Assembly: GCF_009914755.1 (NCBI RefSeq)
Contig: NC_060945.1
Length of the DNA stretch: 64,000 nucleotides
DNA from: the human T2T-CHM13v2.0 reference genome, Homo sapiens
Direction: 5' to 3' (one strand)
Of the stretch, positions 41,601 through 56,089 are shown in pieces. A program made the position numbers and the translations under genes. Positions within the stretch are counted from its first letter, which is position 1; each line of letters begins with the position of its first letter. The notes under the pieces are model-generated. The model was not told the DNA's origin, searched no databases, and saw only the letters and a program-made list of their open reading frames with translations.

Positions 41601-44600
41601 TTCCCGTTTCCAACGAAATCGTTAGAGCTATCCAAATATCCAGTTACAGTTTCTACCAAAAGGGTGTTTCCAAATTGCTGCATCAAAAGAAAGGTTCAAC
41701 TCTGTTAGTTGAGGACACACATCACAAAGAAGTTTGTGAGAATGCTTCTGTCTAGATTTTGTATGACGATATTCCCTTTTCCAACGATATCGTTAAAGCA
41801 ATCTAAATATCAATTTGCAGAATCCACAAAAATAGAGTTTCAAAGCTGCTCTGTAAAAAGAAAGGTTCCACTCTGTTAGCTGAGTACACACATCACAAAC
41901 TTGTTTCTGAGAAACCTTCTGTCTCGTTTTTATGGGAAGATATTTACTTTTCCACTGTAGGCATCAAAGCGCTCCAAATGTCCACATCCAGATACTCCAG
42001 AACGAGTGTTTCAAACCTGCTCTATGAAAGGGAATCTTCAACTCTATGAGTTGAATGCAGAATCAGAAAGAAATTTCTGAGAATGCTGCTGTCTACCTTT
42101 TATTTGAATTCCCGCTTCCAACGAAATCCTCCAAGCTATCCAAATATCCACCTGCATTTTCCACAAAAAGAGTGTTTCAAAACTGCTCTATCAATAGAAA
42201 TGTTCAACTCCTTTGGCTGGGTACACACATCACAAACAAGTTTCTGAGAATGCTTCTGTCTAGTTTTTATGGGAAGACGTTCCCTTTTTCACCAAAGGCA
42301 TCAAAGCGCTCCAAATGTCCACTTCCAGACACTACAAAAAGAGTGTTTCAAACGTGCTCTAAGAAAGCGAATGTTCAACTCTGTGACTTGAATGCAGATA
42401 TCACAAAGTAGTTTCTGAGAGGGCTTCTGTCTAGATTTTAGATGATGATATTCCCGTTTCCAACGAAATCATTAGAGCTATCCAAATATCCACTTACAGT
42501 TTCTACAAAAAGAGTGTTTCCAAACTGCTGCATCAAAAGAGAGGTTCCACTCTGTTAGCCGAGTACACACATCACAAACTTGTTTCTCAGAATCCTTCTG
42601 TCTCGTTTTTATGGGAAGATATTTACTTTTTCACCGTAGGCATCAAAGCGCTCCAAATGTCCACATCCAGATACTCCAGAAAGAGTGTTTCAAACCTGCT
42701 CTATGAAAGGGAATCTTCAACTCTATGAGTTGAATGCAGACATCAGAAAGAAATTTCTGAGAATGCTGCTGTCTACCTTTTATTTGAATTCCCGCTTCCA
42801 ACGAAATCCTCCAAGCTATCCAAATATCCACTTGCAGATTCCACAAAAAGAGTGTTTCAAAACTGCTCTCTATCAATGGCAAAGTTCAACTCTGTTAGTT
42901 GAGGACACATATCACCAACAAGTTTCTGAGAATGCTTCTGTCTATTTTTTATGGGAAGATATTTCCTTTTTCACCGTAGGCGTCAAGGCGATCGAAATGT
43001 CCACTTCCACAAACTACAAAAAGAGTGTTTCAAACCTGCTCTATGAAAGGCCATGTTCATCTCTATGAGTTGAATGGAAATATCCGAAAGAAATTTCTGG
43101 GAATGCTGCTGTCTAGTGTTTATACGAATTCCCGCTTCCAACGAAATCCTCAAAGCAATCCAAATATCCACTTGCAGAATCCACAAAAAGAGTGTTTCAA
43201 AACCGCTCTATCAATAGAAAGGTTCAACTCTTTTAGTTGAGTACACACATCACAAACAAGTTTCTGAGAATGCTTCTGTCTGGCTTTTATTGGAAGACGT
43301 TTCCTTTTCACCAAAGGCATCAAAGCGCTCCAAATGTCCACTTCCAGATTCTTCCAAAAGAGTGTTTCAAACGTGGTCGAAGTAAGGGAATGTTCAACTC
43401 TGTGACTTGAATGCAGATATCACCAAGTAGTTTCTAATAGTGCTTCTGTCTAGATTTTAGATGATGATATTCCCGTTTCCAACGAAATCGTTAGAGCTAT
43501 CCAAATATCCAGTTACAGTTTCTACCAAAAGGGTGTTTCCAAATTGCTGCATCAAAAGAAAGGTTCAACTCTGTTAGTTGAGGACACACATCACAAAGAA
43601 GTTTGTGAGAATGCTTCTGTCTAGATTTTGTATGACGATATTCCCTTTTCCAACGATATCGTTAAAGCAATCTAAATATCAATTTGCAGAATCCACAAAA
43701 ATAGAGTTTCAAAGCTGCTCTGTAAAAAGAAAGGTTCCACTCTGTTAGCTGAGTACACACATCACAAACTTGTTTCTGAGAAACCTTCTGTCTCGTTTTT
43801 ATGGGAAGATATTTACTTTTCCACTGTAGGCATCAAAGCGCTCCAAATGTCCACATCCAGATACTCCAGAACGAGTGTTTCAAACCTGCTCTATGAAAGG
43901 GAATCTTCAACTCTATGAGTTGAATGCAGAATCAGAAAGAAATTTCTGAGAATGCTGCTGTCTACCTTTTATTTGAATTCCCGCTTCCAACGAAATCCTC
44001 CAAGCTATCCAAATATCCACCTGCATTTTCCACAACAAGAGTGTTTCAAAACTGCTCTATCAATAGAAATGTTCAACTCCTTTGGCTGGGTACACACATC
44101 ACAAACAAGTTTCTGAGAATGCTTCTGTCTAGTTTTTATGGGAAGACGTTCCCTTTTTCACCAAAGGCATCAAAGCGCTCCAAATGTCCACTTCCAGACA
44201 CTACAAAAAGAGTGTTTCAAACGTGCTCTAAGAAAACGAATGTTCAACTCTGTGACTTGAATGCAGATATCACAAAGTAGTTTCTGAGAGGGCTTCTGTC
44301 TAGATTTTAGATGATGATATTCCCGTTTCCAACGAAATCATTAGAGCTATCCAAATATCCACTTACAGTTTCTACAAAAAGAGTGTTTCCAAACTGCTGC
44401 ATCAAAAGAGAGGTTCCACTCTGTTAGCCGAGTACACACATCACAAACTTGTTTCTCAGAATCCTTCTGTCTCGTTTTTATGGGAAGATATTTACTTTTT
44501 CACCGTAGGCATCAAAGCGCTCCAAATGTCCACATCCAGATACTCCAGAAAGAGTGTTTCAAACCTGCTCTATGAAAGGGAATCTTCAACTCTATGAGTT

Positions 44601-47600
44601 GAATGCAGACATCAGAAAGAAATTTCTGAGAATGCTGCTGTCTACCTTTTATTTGAATTCCCGCTTCCAACGAAATCCTCCAAGCTATCCAAATATCCAC
44701 TTGCAGATTCCACAAAAAGAGTGTTTCAAAACTGCTCTCTATCAATGGCAAAGTTCAACTCTGTTAGTTGAGGACACATATCACCAACAAGTTTCTGAGA
44801 ATGCTTCTGTCTATTTTTTATGGGAAGATATTTCCTTTTTCACCGTAGGCGTCAAGGCGATCGAAATGTCCACTTCCACAAACTACAAAAAGAGTGTTTC
44901 AAACCTGCTCTATGAAAGGCCATGTTCATCTCTATGAGTTGAATGGAAATATCCGAAAGAAATTTCTGGGAATGCTGCTGTCTAGTTTTTATATGAATTC
45001 CCGCTTCCAACGAAATCCTCAAAGCAATCCAAATATCCACTTGCAGAATCCACAAAAAGAGTGTTTCAAAACTGCTCTATCAATAGAAAGGTTCAACTCT
45101 TTTAGTTGAGTACACACATCACAAACAAGTTTCTGAGAATGCTTCTGTCTGGCTTTTATTGGAAGACGTTTCCTTTTCACCAAAGGCATCAAAGCGCTCC
45201 AAATGTCCACTTCCAGATTCTTCCAAAAGAGTGTTTCAAACGTGCTCATAGTAAGGGAATGTTCAACTCTGTGACTTGAATGCAGATATCACCAAGTAGT
45301 TTCTAATAGTGCTTCTGTCTAGATTTTAGATGATGATATTCCCGTTTCCAACGAAATCGCTAGAGCTATCCAAATATCCAGTTACAGTTTCTACCAAAAG
45401 GGTGTTTCCAAATTGCTGCATCAAAAGAAAGGTTCAACTCTGTTAGTTGAGGACACACATCACAAAGAAGTTTGTGAGAATGCTTCTGTCTAGATTTTGT
45501 ATGACGATATTCCCTTTTCCAACGATATCGTTAAAGCAATCTAAATATCAATTTGCAGAATCCACAAAAATAGAGTTTCAAAGCTGCTCTGTAAAAAGAA
45601 AGGTTCCACTCTGTTAGCTGAGTACACACATCACAAACTTGTTTCTGAGAATCCTTCTGTCTCGTTTTTATGGGAAGATATTTACTTTTCCACCGTAGGC
45701 ATCAAAGCGCTCCAAATGTCCACATCCAGATACTCCAGAACGAGTGTTTCAAACCTGCTCTATGAAAGGGAATCTTCAACTCTATGAGTTGAATGCAGAC
45801 ATCAGAAAGAAATTTCTGAGAATGCTGCTGTCTACCTTTTATTTGAATTCCCGCTTCCAACGAAATCCTCCAAGCTATCCAAATATCCACCTGCATTTTC
45901 CACAACAAGAGTGTTTCAAAACTGCTCTATCAATAGAAATGTTCAACTCCTTTGGCTGGGTACACACATCACAAACAAGTTTCTGAGAATGCTTCTGTCT
46001 AGTTTTTATGGGAAGACGTTCCCTTTTTCACCAAAGGCATCAAAGCGCTCCAAATGTCCACTTCCAGACACTACAAAAAGAGTGTTTCCAACGTGCCCTA
46101 AGAAAGCGAATGTTCAACTCTGTGACTTGAATGCAGATATCACAAAGTAGTTTCTGAGAGGGCTTCTGTCTAGATTTTAGATGATGATATTCCCGTTTCC
46201 AACGAAATCATTAGAGCTATCCAAATATCCAATTACAGTTTCTACAAAAAGAGTGTTTCCAAACTGCTGCATCAAAAGAGAGGTTCCACTCTGTTAGCTG
46301 AGTACACACATCACAAACTTGTTTCTCAGAATCCTTCTGTCTCGTTTTTATGGGAAGATATTTACTTTTTCACCGTAGGCATCAAAGCGCTCCAAATGTC
46401 CACATCCAGATACTCCAGAAAGAGTGTTTCAAACCTGCTCTATGAAAGGGAATCTTCAACTCTATGAGTTGAATGCAGACATCAGAAAGAAATTTCTGAG
46501 AATGCTGCTGTCTACCTTTTATTTGAATTCCCGCTTCCAACGAAATCCTCCAAGCTATCCAAATATCCACTTGCAGATTCCACAAAAAGAGTGTTTCAAA
46601 ACTGCTCTCTATCAATGGCAAAGTTCAACTCTGTTAGTTGAGGACACATATCACCAACAAGTTTCTGAGAATGCTTCTGTCTATTTTTTATGGGAAGATA
46701 TTTCCTTTTTCACCGTAGGCGTCAAGGCGATCGAAATGTCCACTTCCACAAACTACAAAAAGAGTGTTTCAAACCTGCTCTATGAAAGGCCATGTTCATC
46801 TCTATGAGTTGAATGGAAATATCCGAAAGAAATTTCTGGGAATGCTGCTGTCTAGTTTTTATATGAATTCCCGCTTCCAACGAAATCCTCAAAGCAATCC
46901 AAATATCCACTTGCAGAATCCACAAAAAGAGTGTTTCAAAACTGCTCTATCAATAGAAAGGTTCAACTCTTTTAGTTGAGTACACACATCACAAACAAGT
47001 TTCTGAGAATGCTTCTGTCTGGCTTTTATTGGAAGACGTTTCCTTTTCACCAAAGGCATCAAAGCGCTCCAAAGGTCCACTTCCAGATTCTTCCAAAAGA
47101 GTGTTTCAAACGTGCTCATAGTAAGGGAATGTTCAACTCTGTGACTTGAATGCAGATATCACCAAGTAGTTTCTAATAGTGCTTCTGTCTAGATTTTAGA
47201 TGATGATATTCCCGTTTCCAACGAAATCGCTAGAGCTATCCAAATATCCAGTTACAGTTTCTACCAAAAGGGTGTTTCCAAATTGCTGCATCAAAAGAAA
47301 GGTTCAACTCTGTTAGTTGAGGACACACATCACAAAGAAGTTTGTGAGAATGCTTCTGTCTACATTTTGTATGACGATATTCCCTTTTCCAACGATATCG
47401 TTAAAGCAATCTAAATATCAATTTGCAGAATCCACAAAAATAGAGTTTCAAAGCTGCTCTGTAAAAAGAAAGGTTCCACTCTGTTAGCTGAGTACACACA
47501 TCACAAACTTGTTTCTGAGAATCCTTCTGTCTCGTTTTTATGGGAAGATATTTACTTTTCCACCGTAGGCATCAAAGCGCTCCAAATGTCCACATCCAGA

Positions 47601-50600
47601 TACTCCAGAACGAGTGTTTCAAACCTGCTCTATGAAAGGGAATCTTCAACTCTATGAGTTGAATGCAGACATCAGAAAGAAATTTCTGAGAATGCTGCTG
47701 TCTACCTTTTATTTGAATTCCCGCTTCCAACGAAATCCTCCAAGCTATCCAAATATCCACCTGCATTTTCCACAACAAGAGTGTTTCAAAACTGCTCTAT
47801 CAATAGAAATGTTCAACTCCTTTGGCTGGGTACACACATCACAAACAAGTTTCTGAGAATGCTTCTGTCTAGTTTTTATGGGAAGACGTTCCCTTTTTCA
47901 CCAAAGGCATCAAAGCGCTCCAAATGTCCACTTCCAGACACTACAAAAAGAGTGTTTCCAACGTGCCCTAAGAAAGCGAATGTTCAACTCTGTGACTTGA
48001 ATGCAGATATCACAAAGTAGTTTCTGAGAGGGCTTCTGTCTAGATTTTAGATGATGATATTCCCGTTTCCAACGAAATCATTAGAGCTATCCAAATATCC
48101 ACTTACAGTTTCTACAAAAAGAGTGTTTCCAAACTGCTGCATCAAAAGAGAGGTTCCACTCTGTTAGCTGAGTACACACATCACAAACTTGTTTCTCAGA
48201 ATCCTTCTGTCTCGTTTTTATGGGAAGATATTTACTTTTTCACCGTAGGCATCAAAGCGCTCCAAATGTCCACATCCAGATACTCCAGAAAGAGTGTTTC
48301 AAACCTGCTCTATGAAAGGGAATCTTCAACTCTATGAGTTGAATGCAGACATCAGAAAGAAATTTCTGAGAATGCTGCTGTCTACCTTTTATTTGAATTC
48401 CCGCTTCCAACGAAATCCTCCAAGCTATCCAAATATCCACTTGCAGATTCCACAAAAAGAGTGTTTCAAAACTGCTCTCTATCAATGGCAAAGTTCAACT
48501 CTGTTAGTTGAGGACACATATCACCAACAAGTTTCTGAGAATGCTTCTGTCTATTTTTTATGGGAAGATATTTCCTTTTTCACCGTAGGCGTCAAGGCGA
48601 TCGAAATGTCCACTTCCACAAACTACAAAAAGTGTGTTTCAAACCTGCTCTATGAAAGGCCATGTTCATCTCTATGAGTTGAATGGAAATATCCGAAAGA
48701 AATTTCTGGGAATGCTGCTGTCTAGTGTTTATACGAATTCCCGCTTCCAACGAAATCCTCAAAGCAATCCAAATATCCACTTGCAGAATCCACAAAAAGA
48801 GTGTTTCAAAACTGCTCTATCAATAGAAAGGTTCAACTCTTTTAGTTGAGTACACACATCACGAACAAGTTTCTGAGAATGCTTCTGTCTGGCTTTTATT
48901 GGAAGACGTTTCCTTTTCACCAAAGGCATCAAAGCGCTCCAAATGTCCACTTCCAGATTCTTCCAAAAGAGTGTTTCAAACGTGCTCAAAGTAAGGGAAT
49001 GTTCAACTCTGTGACTTGAATGCAGATATCACCAAGTAGTTTCTAATAGTGCTTCTGTCTAGATTTTAGATGATGATATTCCCGTTTCCAACGAAATCGT
49101 TAGAGCTAAGCAAATATCCAGTTACAGTTTCTACCAAAAGGGTGTTTCCAAATTGCTGCATCAAAAGAAAGGTTCAACTCTGTTAGTTGAGGACACACAT
49201 CACAAAGAAGTTTGTGAGAATGCTTCTGTCTAGATTTTGTATGACGATATTCCCTTTTCCAACGATATCGTTAAAGCAATCTAAATATCAATTTGCAGAA
49301 TCCACAAAAATAGAGTTTCAAAGCTGCTCTGTAAAAAGAAAGGTTCCACTCTGTTAGCTGAGTACACACATCACAAACTTGATTCTGAGAATCCTTCTGT
49401 CTCGTTTTTATGGGAAGATATTTACTTTTCCACCGTAGGCATCAAAGCGCTCCAAATGTCCACATCCAGATACTCCAGAACGAGTGTTTCAAACCTGCTC
49501 TATGAAAGGGAATCTTCAACTCTATGAGTTGAATGCAGACATCAGAAAGAAATTTCTGAGAATGCTGCTGTCTACCTTTTATTTGAATTCCCGCTTCCAA
49601 CGAAATCCTCCAAGCTATCCAAATATCCACCTGCATTTTCCACAACAAGAGTGTTTCAAAACTGCTCTATCAATAGAAATGTTCAACTCCTTTGGCTGGG
49701 TACACACATCACAAACAAGTTTCTGAGAATGCTTCTGTCTAGTTTTTATGGGAAGACGTTCCCTTTTTCACCAAAGGCATCAAAGCGCTCCAAATGTCCA
49801 CTTCCAGACACTACAAAAAGAGTGTTTCAAACGTGCTCTAAGAAAGCGAATGTTCAACTCTGTGACTTGAATGCAGATATCACAAAGTAGTTTCTGAGAG
49901 GGCTTCTGTCTAGATTTTAGATGATGATATTCCCGTTTCCAACGAAATCATTAGAGCTATCCAAATATCCACTTACAGTTTCTACAAAAAGAGTGTTTCC
50001 AAACTGCTGCATCAAAAGAGAGGTTCCACTCTGTTAGCCGAGTACACACATCACAAACTTGTTTCTCAGAATCCTTCTGACTCGTTTTTATGGGAAGATA
50101 TTTACTTTTTCACCGTAGGCATCAAAGCGCTCCAAATGTCCACATCCAGATACTCCAGAAAGAGTGTTTCAAACCTGCTCTATGAAAGGGAATCTTCAAC
50201 TCTATGAGTTGAATGCAGACATCAGAAAGAAATTTCTGAGAATGCTGCTGTCTACCTTTTATTTGAATTCCCGCTTCCAACGAAATCCTCCAAGCTATCC
50301 AAATATCCACTTGCAGATTCCACAAAAAGAGTGTTTCAAAACTGCTCTCTATCAATGGCAAAGTTCAACTCTGTTAGTTGAGGACACATATCACCAACAA
50401 GTTTCTGAGAATGCTTCTGTCTATTTTTTATGGGAAGATATTTCCTTTTTCACCGTAGGCGTCAAGGCGATCGAAATGTCCACTTCCACAAACTACAAAA
50501 AGAGTGTTTCAAACCTGCTCTATGAAAGGCCATGTTCATCTCTATGAGTTGAATGGAAATATCCGAAAGAAATTTCTGGGAATGCTGCTGTCTAGTGTTT

Positions 50601-53600
50601 ATACGAATTCCCGCTTCCAACGAAATCCTCAAAGCAATCCAAATATCCACTTGCAGAATCCACAAAAAGAGTGTTTCAAAACTGCTCTATCAATAGAAAG
50701 GTTCAACTCTTTTAGTTGAGTACACACATCACAAACAAGTTTCTGAGAATGCTTCTGTCTGGCTTTTATTGGAAGACGTTTCCTTTTCAACAAAGGCATC
50801 AAAGCGCTCCAAATGTCCACTTCCAGATTCTTCCAAAAGAGTGTTTCAAACGTGGTCGAAGTAAGGGAATGTTCAACTCTGTGACTTGAATGCAGATATC
50901 ACCAAGTAGTTTCTAATAGTGCTTCTGTCTACATTTTAGATGATGATATTCCCGTTTCCAACGAAATCGTTAGAGCTATCCAAATATCCAGTTACAGTTT
51001 CTACCAAAAGGGTGTTTCCAAATTGCTGCATCAAAAGAAAGGTTCAACTCTGTTAGTTGAGGACACACATCACAAAGAAGTTTGTGAGAATGCTTCTGTC
51101 TAGATTTTGTATGACGATATTCCCTTTTCCAACGATATCGTTAAAGCAATCTAAATATCAATTTGCAGAATCCACAAAAATAGAGTTTCAAAGCTGCTCT
51201 GTAAAAAGAAAGGTTCCACTCTGTTAGCTGAGTACACACATCACAAACTTGTTTCTGAGAAACCTTCTGTCTCGTTTTTATGGGAAGATATTTACTTTTC
51301 CACTGTAGGCATCAAAGCGCTCCAAATGTCCACATCCAGATACTCCAGAACGAGTGTTTCAAACCTGCTCTATGAAAGGGAATCTTCAACTCTATGAGTT
51401 GAATGCAGAATCAGAAAGAAATTTCTGAGAATGCTGCTGTCTACCTTTTATTTGAATTCCCGCTTCCAACGAAATCCTCCAAGCTATCCAAATATCCACC
51501 TGCATTTTCCACAAAAAGAGTGTTTCAAAACTGCTCTATCAATAGAAATGTTCAACTCCTTTGGCTGGGTACACACATCACAAACAAGTTTCTGAGAATG
51601 CTTCTGTCTAGTTTTTATGGGAAGACGTTCCCTTTTTCACCAAAGGCATCAAAGCGCTCCAAATGTCCACTTCCAGACACTACAAAAAGAGTGTTTCCAA
51701 CGTGCTCTAAGAAAGCGAATGTTCAACTCTGTGACTTGAATGCAGATATCACAAAGTAGTTTCTGAGAGGGCTTCTGTCTAGATTTTAGATGATGATATT
51801 CCCGTTTCCAACGAAATCATTAGAGCTATCCAAATATCCACTTACAGTTTCTACAAAAAGAGTGTTTCCAAACTGCTGCATCAAAAGAGAGGTTCCACTC
51901 TGTTAGCCGAGTACACACATCACAAACTTGTTTCTCAGAATCCTTCTGTCTCGTTTTTATGGGAAGATATTTACTTTTTCACCGTAGGCATCAAAGCGCT
52001 CCAAATGTCCACATCCAGATACTCCAGAAAGAGTGTTTCAAACCTGCTCTATGAAAGGGAATCTTCAACTCTATGAGTTGAATGCAGACATCAGAAAGAA
52101 ATTTCTGAGAATGCTGCTGTCTACCTTTTATTTGAATTCCCGCTTCCAACGAAATCCTCCAAGCTATCCAAATATCCACTTGCAGATTCCACAAAAAGAG
52201 TGTTTCAAAACTGCTCTCTATCAATGGCAAAGTTCAACTCTGTTAGTTGAGGACACATATCACCAACAAGTTTCTGAGAATGCTTCTGTCTATTTTTTAT
52301 GGGAAGATATTTCCTTTTTCACCGTAGGCGTCAAGGCGATCGAAATGTCCACTTCCACAAACTACAAAAAGAGTGTTTCAAACCTGCTCTATGAAAGGCC
52401 ATGTTCATCTCTATGAGTTGAATGGAAATATCCGAAAGAAATTTCTGGGAATGCTGCTGTCTAGTGTTTATACGAATTCCCGCTTCCAACGAAATCCTCA
52501 AAGCAATCCAAATATCCACTTGCAGAATCCACAAAAAGAGTGTTTCAAAACCGCTCTATCAATAGAAAGGTTCAACTCTTTTAGTTGAGTACACACATCA
52601 CAAACAAGTTTCTGAGAATGCTTCTGTCTGGCTTTTATTGGAAGACGTTTCCTTTTCACCAAAGGCATCAAAGCGCTCCAAATGTCCACTTCCAGATTCT
52701 TCCAAAAGAGTGTTTCAAACGTGGTCGAAGTAAGGGAATGTTCAACTCTGTGACTTGAATGCAGATATCACCAAGTAGTTTCTAATAGTGCTTCTGTCTA
52801 GATTTTAGATGATGATATTCCCGTTTCCAACGAAATCGTTAGAGCTATCCAAATATCCAGTTACAGTTTCTACCAAAAGGGTGTTTCCAAATTGCTGCAT
52901 CAAAAGAAAGGTTCAACTCTGTTAGTTGAGGACACACATCACAAAGAAGTTTGTGAGAATGCTTCTGTCTAGATTTTGTATGACGATATTCCCTTTTCCA
53001 ACGATATCGTTAAAGCAATCTAAATATCAATTTGCAGAATCCACAAAAATAGAGTTTCAAAGCTGCTCTGTAAAAAGAAAGGTTCCACTCTGTTAGCTGA
53101 GTACACACATCACAAACTTGTTTCTGAGAAACCTTCTGTCTCGTTTTTATGGGAAGATATTTACTTTTCCACTGTAGGCATCAAAGCGCTCCAAATGTCC
53201 ACATCCAGATACTCCAGAACGAGTGTTTCAAACCTGCTCTATGAAAGGGAATCTTCAACTCTATGAGTTGAATGCAGAATCAGAAAGAAATTTCTGAGAA
53301 TGCTGCTGTCTACCTTTTATTTGAATTCCCGCTTCCAACGAAATCCTCCAAGCTATCCAAATATCCACCTGCATTTTCCACAACAAGAGTGTTTCAAAAC
53401 TGCTCTATCAATAGAAATGTTCAACTCCTTTGGCTGGGTACACACATCACAAACAAGTTTCTGAGAATGCTTCTGTCTAGTTTTTATGGGAAGACGTTCC
53501 CTTTTTCACCAAAGGCATCAAAGCGCTCCAAATGTCCACTTCCAGACACTACAAAAAGAGTGTTTCAAACGTGCTCTAAGAAAACGAATGTTCAACTCTG

Positions 53601-56089
53601 TGACTTGAATGCAGATATCACAAAGTAGTTTCTGAGAGGGCTTCTGTCTAGATTTTAGATGATGATATTCCCGTTTCCAACGAAATCATTAGAGCTATCC
53701 AAATATCCACTTACAGTTTCTACAAAAAGAGTGTTTCCAAACTGCTGCATCAAAAGAGAGGTTCCACTCTGTTAGCCGAGTACACACATCACAAACTTGT
53801 TTCTCAGAATCCTTCTGTCTCGTTTTTATGGGAAGATATTTACTTTTTCACCGTAGGCATCAAAGCGCTCCAAATGTCCACATCCAGATACTCCAGAAAG
53901 AGTGTTTCAAACCTGCTCTATGAAAGGGAATCTTCAACTCTATGAGTTGAATGCAGACATCAGAAAGAAATTTCTGAGAATGCTGCTGTCTACCTTTTAT
54001 TTGAATTCCCGCTTCCAACGAAATCCTCCAAGCTATCCAAATATCCACTTGCAGATTCCACAAAAAGAGTGTTTCAAAACTGCTCTCTATCAATGGCAAA
54101 GTTCAACTCTGTTAGTTGAGGACACATATCACCAACAAGTTTCTGAGAATGCTTCTGTCTATTTTTTATGGGAAGATATTTCCTTTTTCACCGTAGGCGT
54201 CAAGGCGATCGAAATGTCCACTTCCACAAACTACAAAAAGAGTGTTTCAAACCTGCTCTATGAAAGGCCATGTTCATCTCTATGAGTTGAATGGAAATAT
54301 CCGAAAGAAATTTCTGGGAATGCTGCTGTCTAGTTTTTATATGAATTCCCGCTTCCAACGAAATCCTCAAAGCAATCCAAATATCCACTTGCAGAATCCA
54401 CAAAAAGAGTGTTTCAAAACTGCTCTATCAATAGAAAGGTTCAACTCTTTTAGTTGAGTACACACATCACAAACAAGTTTCTGAGAATGCTTCTGTCTGG
54501 CTTTTATTGGAAGACGTTTCCTTTTCACCAAAGGCATCAAAGCGCTCCAAAGGTCCACTTCCAGATTCTTCCAAAAGAGTGTTTCAAACGTGCTCATAGT
54601 AAGGGAATGTTCAACTCTGTGACTTGAATGCAGATATCACCAAGTAGTTTCTAATAGTGCTTCTGTCTAGATTTTAGATGATGATATTCCCGTTTCCAAC
54701 GAAATCGCTAGAGCTATCCAAATATCCAGTTACAGTTTCTACCAAAAGGGTGTTTCCAAATTGCTGCATCAAAAGAAAGGTTCAACTCTGTTAGTTGAGG
54801 ACACACATCACAAAGAAGTTTGTGAGAATGCTTCTGTCTAGATTTTGTATGACGATATTCCCTTTTCCAACGATATCGTTAAAGCAATCTAAATATCAAT
54901 TTGCAGAATCCACAAAAATAGAGTTTCAAAGCTGCTCTGTAAAAAGAAAGGTTCCACTCTGTTAGCTGAGTACACACATCACAAACTTGTTTCTGAGAAT
55001 CCTTCTGTCTCGTTTTTATGGGAAGATATTTACTTTTCCACCGTAGGCATCAAAGCGCTCCAAATGTCCACATCCAGATACTCCAGAACGAGTGTTTCAA
55101 ACCTGCTCTATGAAAGGGAATCTTCAACTCTATGAGTTGAATGCAGACATCAGAAAGAAATTTCTGAGAATGCTGCTGTCTACCTTTTATTTGAATTCCC
55201 GCTTCCAACGAAATCCTCCAAGCTATCCAAATATCCACCTGCATTTTCCACAACAAGAGTGTTTCAAAACTGCTCTATCAATAGAAATGTTCAACTCCTT
55301 TGGCTGGGTACACACATCACAAACAAGTTTCTGAGAATGCTTCTGTCTAGTTTTTATGGGAAGACGTTCCCTTTTTCACCAAAGGCATCAAAGCGCTCCA
55401 AATGTCCACTTCCAGACACTACAAAAAGAGTGTTTCCAACGTGCCCTAAGAAAGCGAATGTTCAACTCTGTGACTTGAATGCAGATATCACAAAGTAGTT
55501 TCTGAGAGGGCTTCTGTCTAGATTTTAGATGATGATATTCCCGTTTCCAACGAAATCATTAGAGCTATCCAAATATCCAATTACAGTTTCTACAAAAAGA
55601 GTGTTTCCAAACTGCTGCATCAAAAGAGAGGTTCCACTCTGTTAGCTGAGTACACACATCACAAACTTGTTTCTCAGAATCCTTCTGTCTCGTTTTTATG
55701 GGAAGATATTTACTTTTTCACCGTAGGCATCAAAGCGCTCCAAATGTCCACATCCAGATACTCCAGAAAGAGTGTTTCAAACCTGCTCTATGAAAGGGAA
55801 TCTTCAACTCTATGAGTTGAATGCAGACATCAGAAAGAAATTTCTGAGAATGCTGCTGTCTACCTTTTATTTGAATTCCCGCTTCCAACGAAATCCTCCA
55901 AGCTATCCAAATATCCACTTGCAGATTCCACAAAAAGAGTGTTTCAAAACTGCTCTCTATCAATGGCAAAGTTCAACTCTGTTAGTTGAGGACACATATC
56001 ACCAACAAGTTTCTGAGAATGCTTCTGTCTATTTTTTATGGGAAGATATTTCCTTTTTCACCGTAGGCGTCAAGGCGATCGAAATGTCC
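37394..56089 (-). repeat. Tandem duplication of a five-HOR block (9348 bp x 2)
   Basis: Rare SNVs recur at offset 9348: 39285/48633, 40034/49382, 40732/50080, 41442/50790 and 46232/55580. The order of unit lengths 1870,1870,1869,1869,1870 also repeats. Ends are approximate. Confidence 0.88.
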
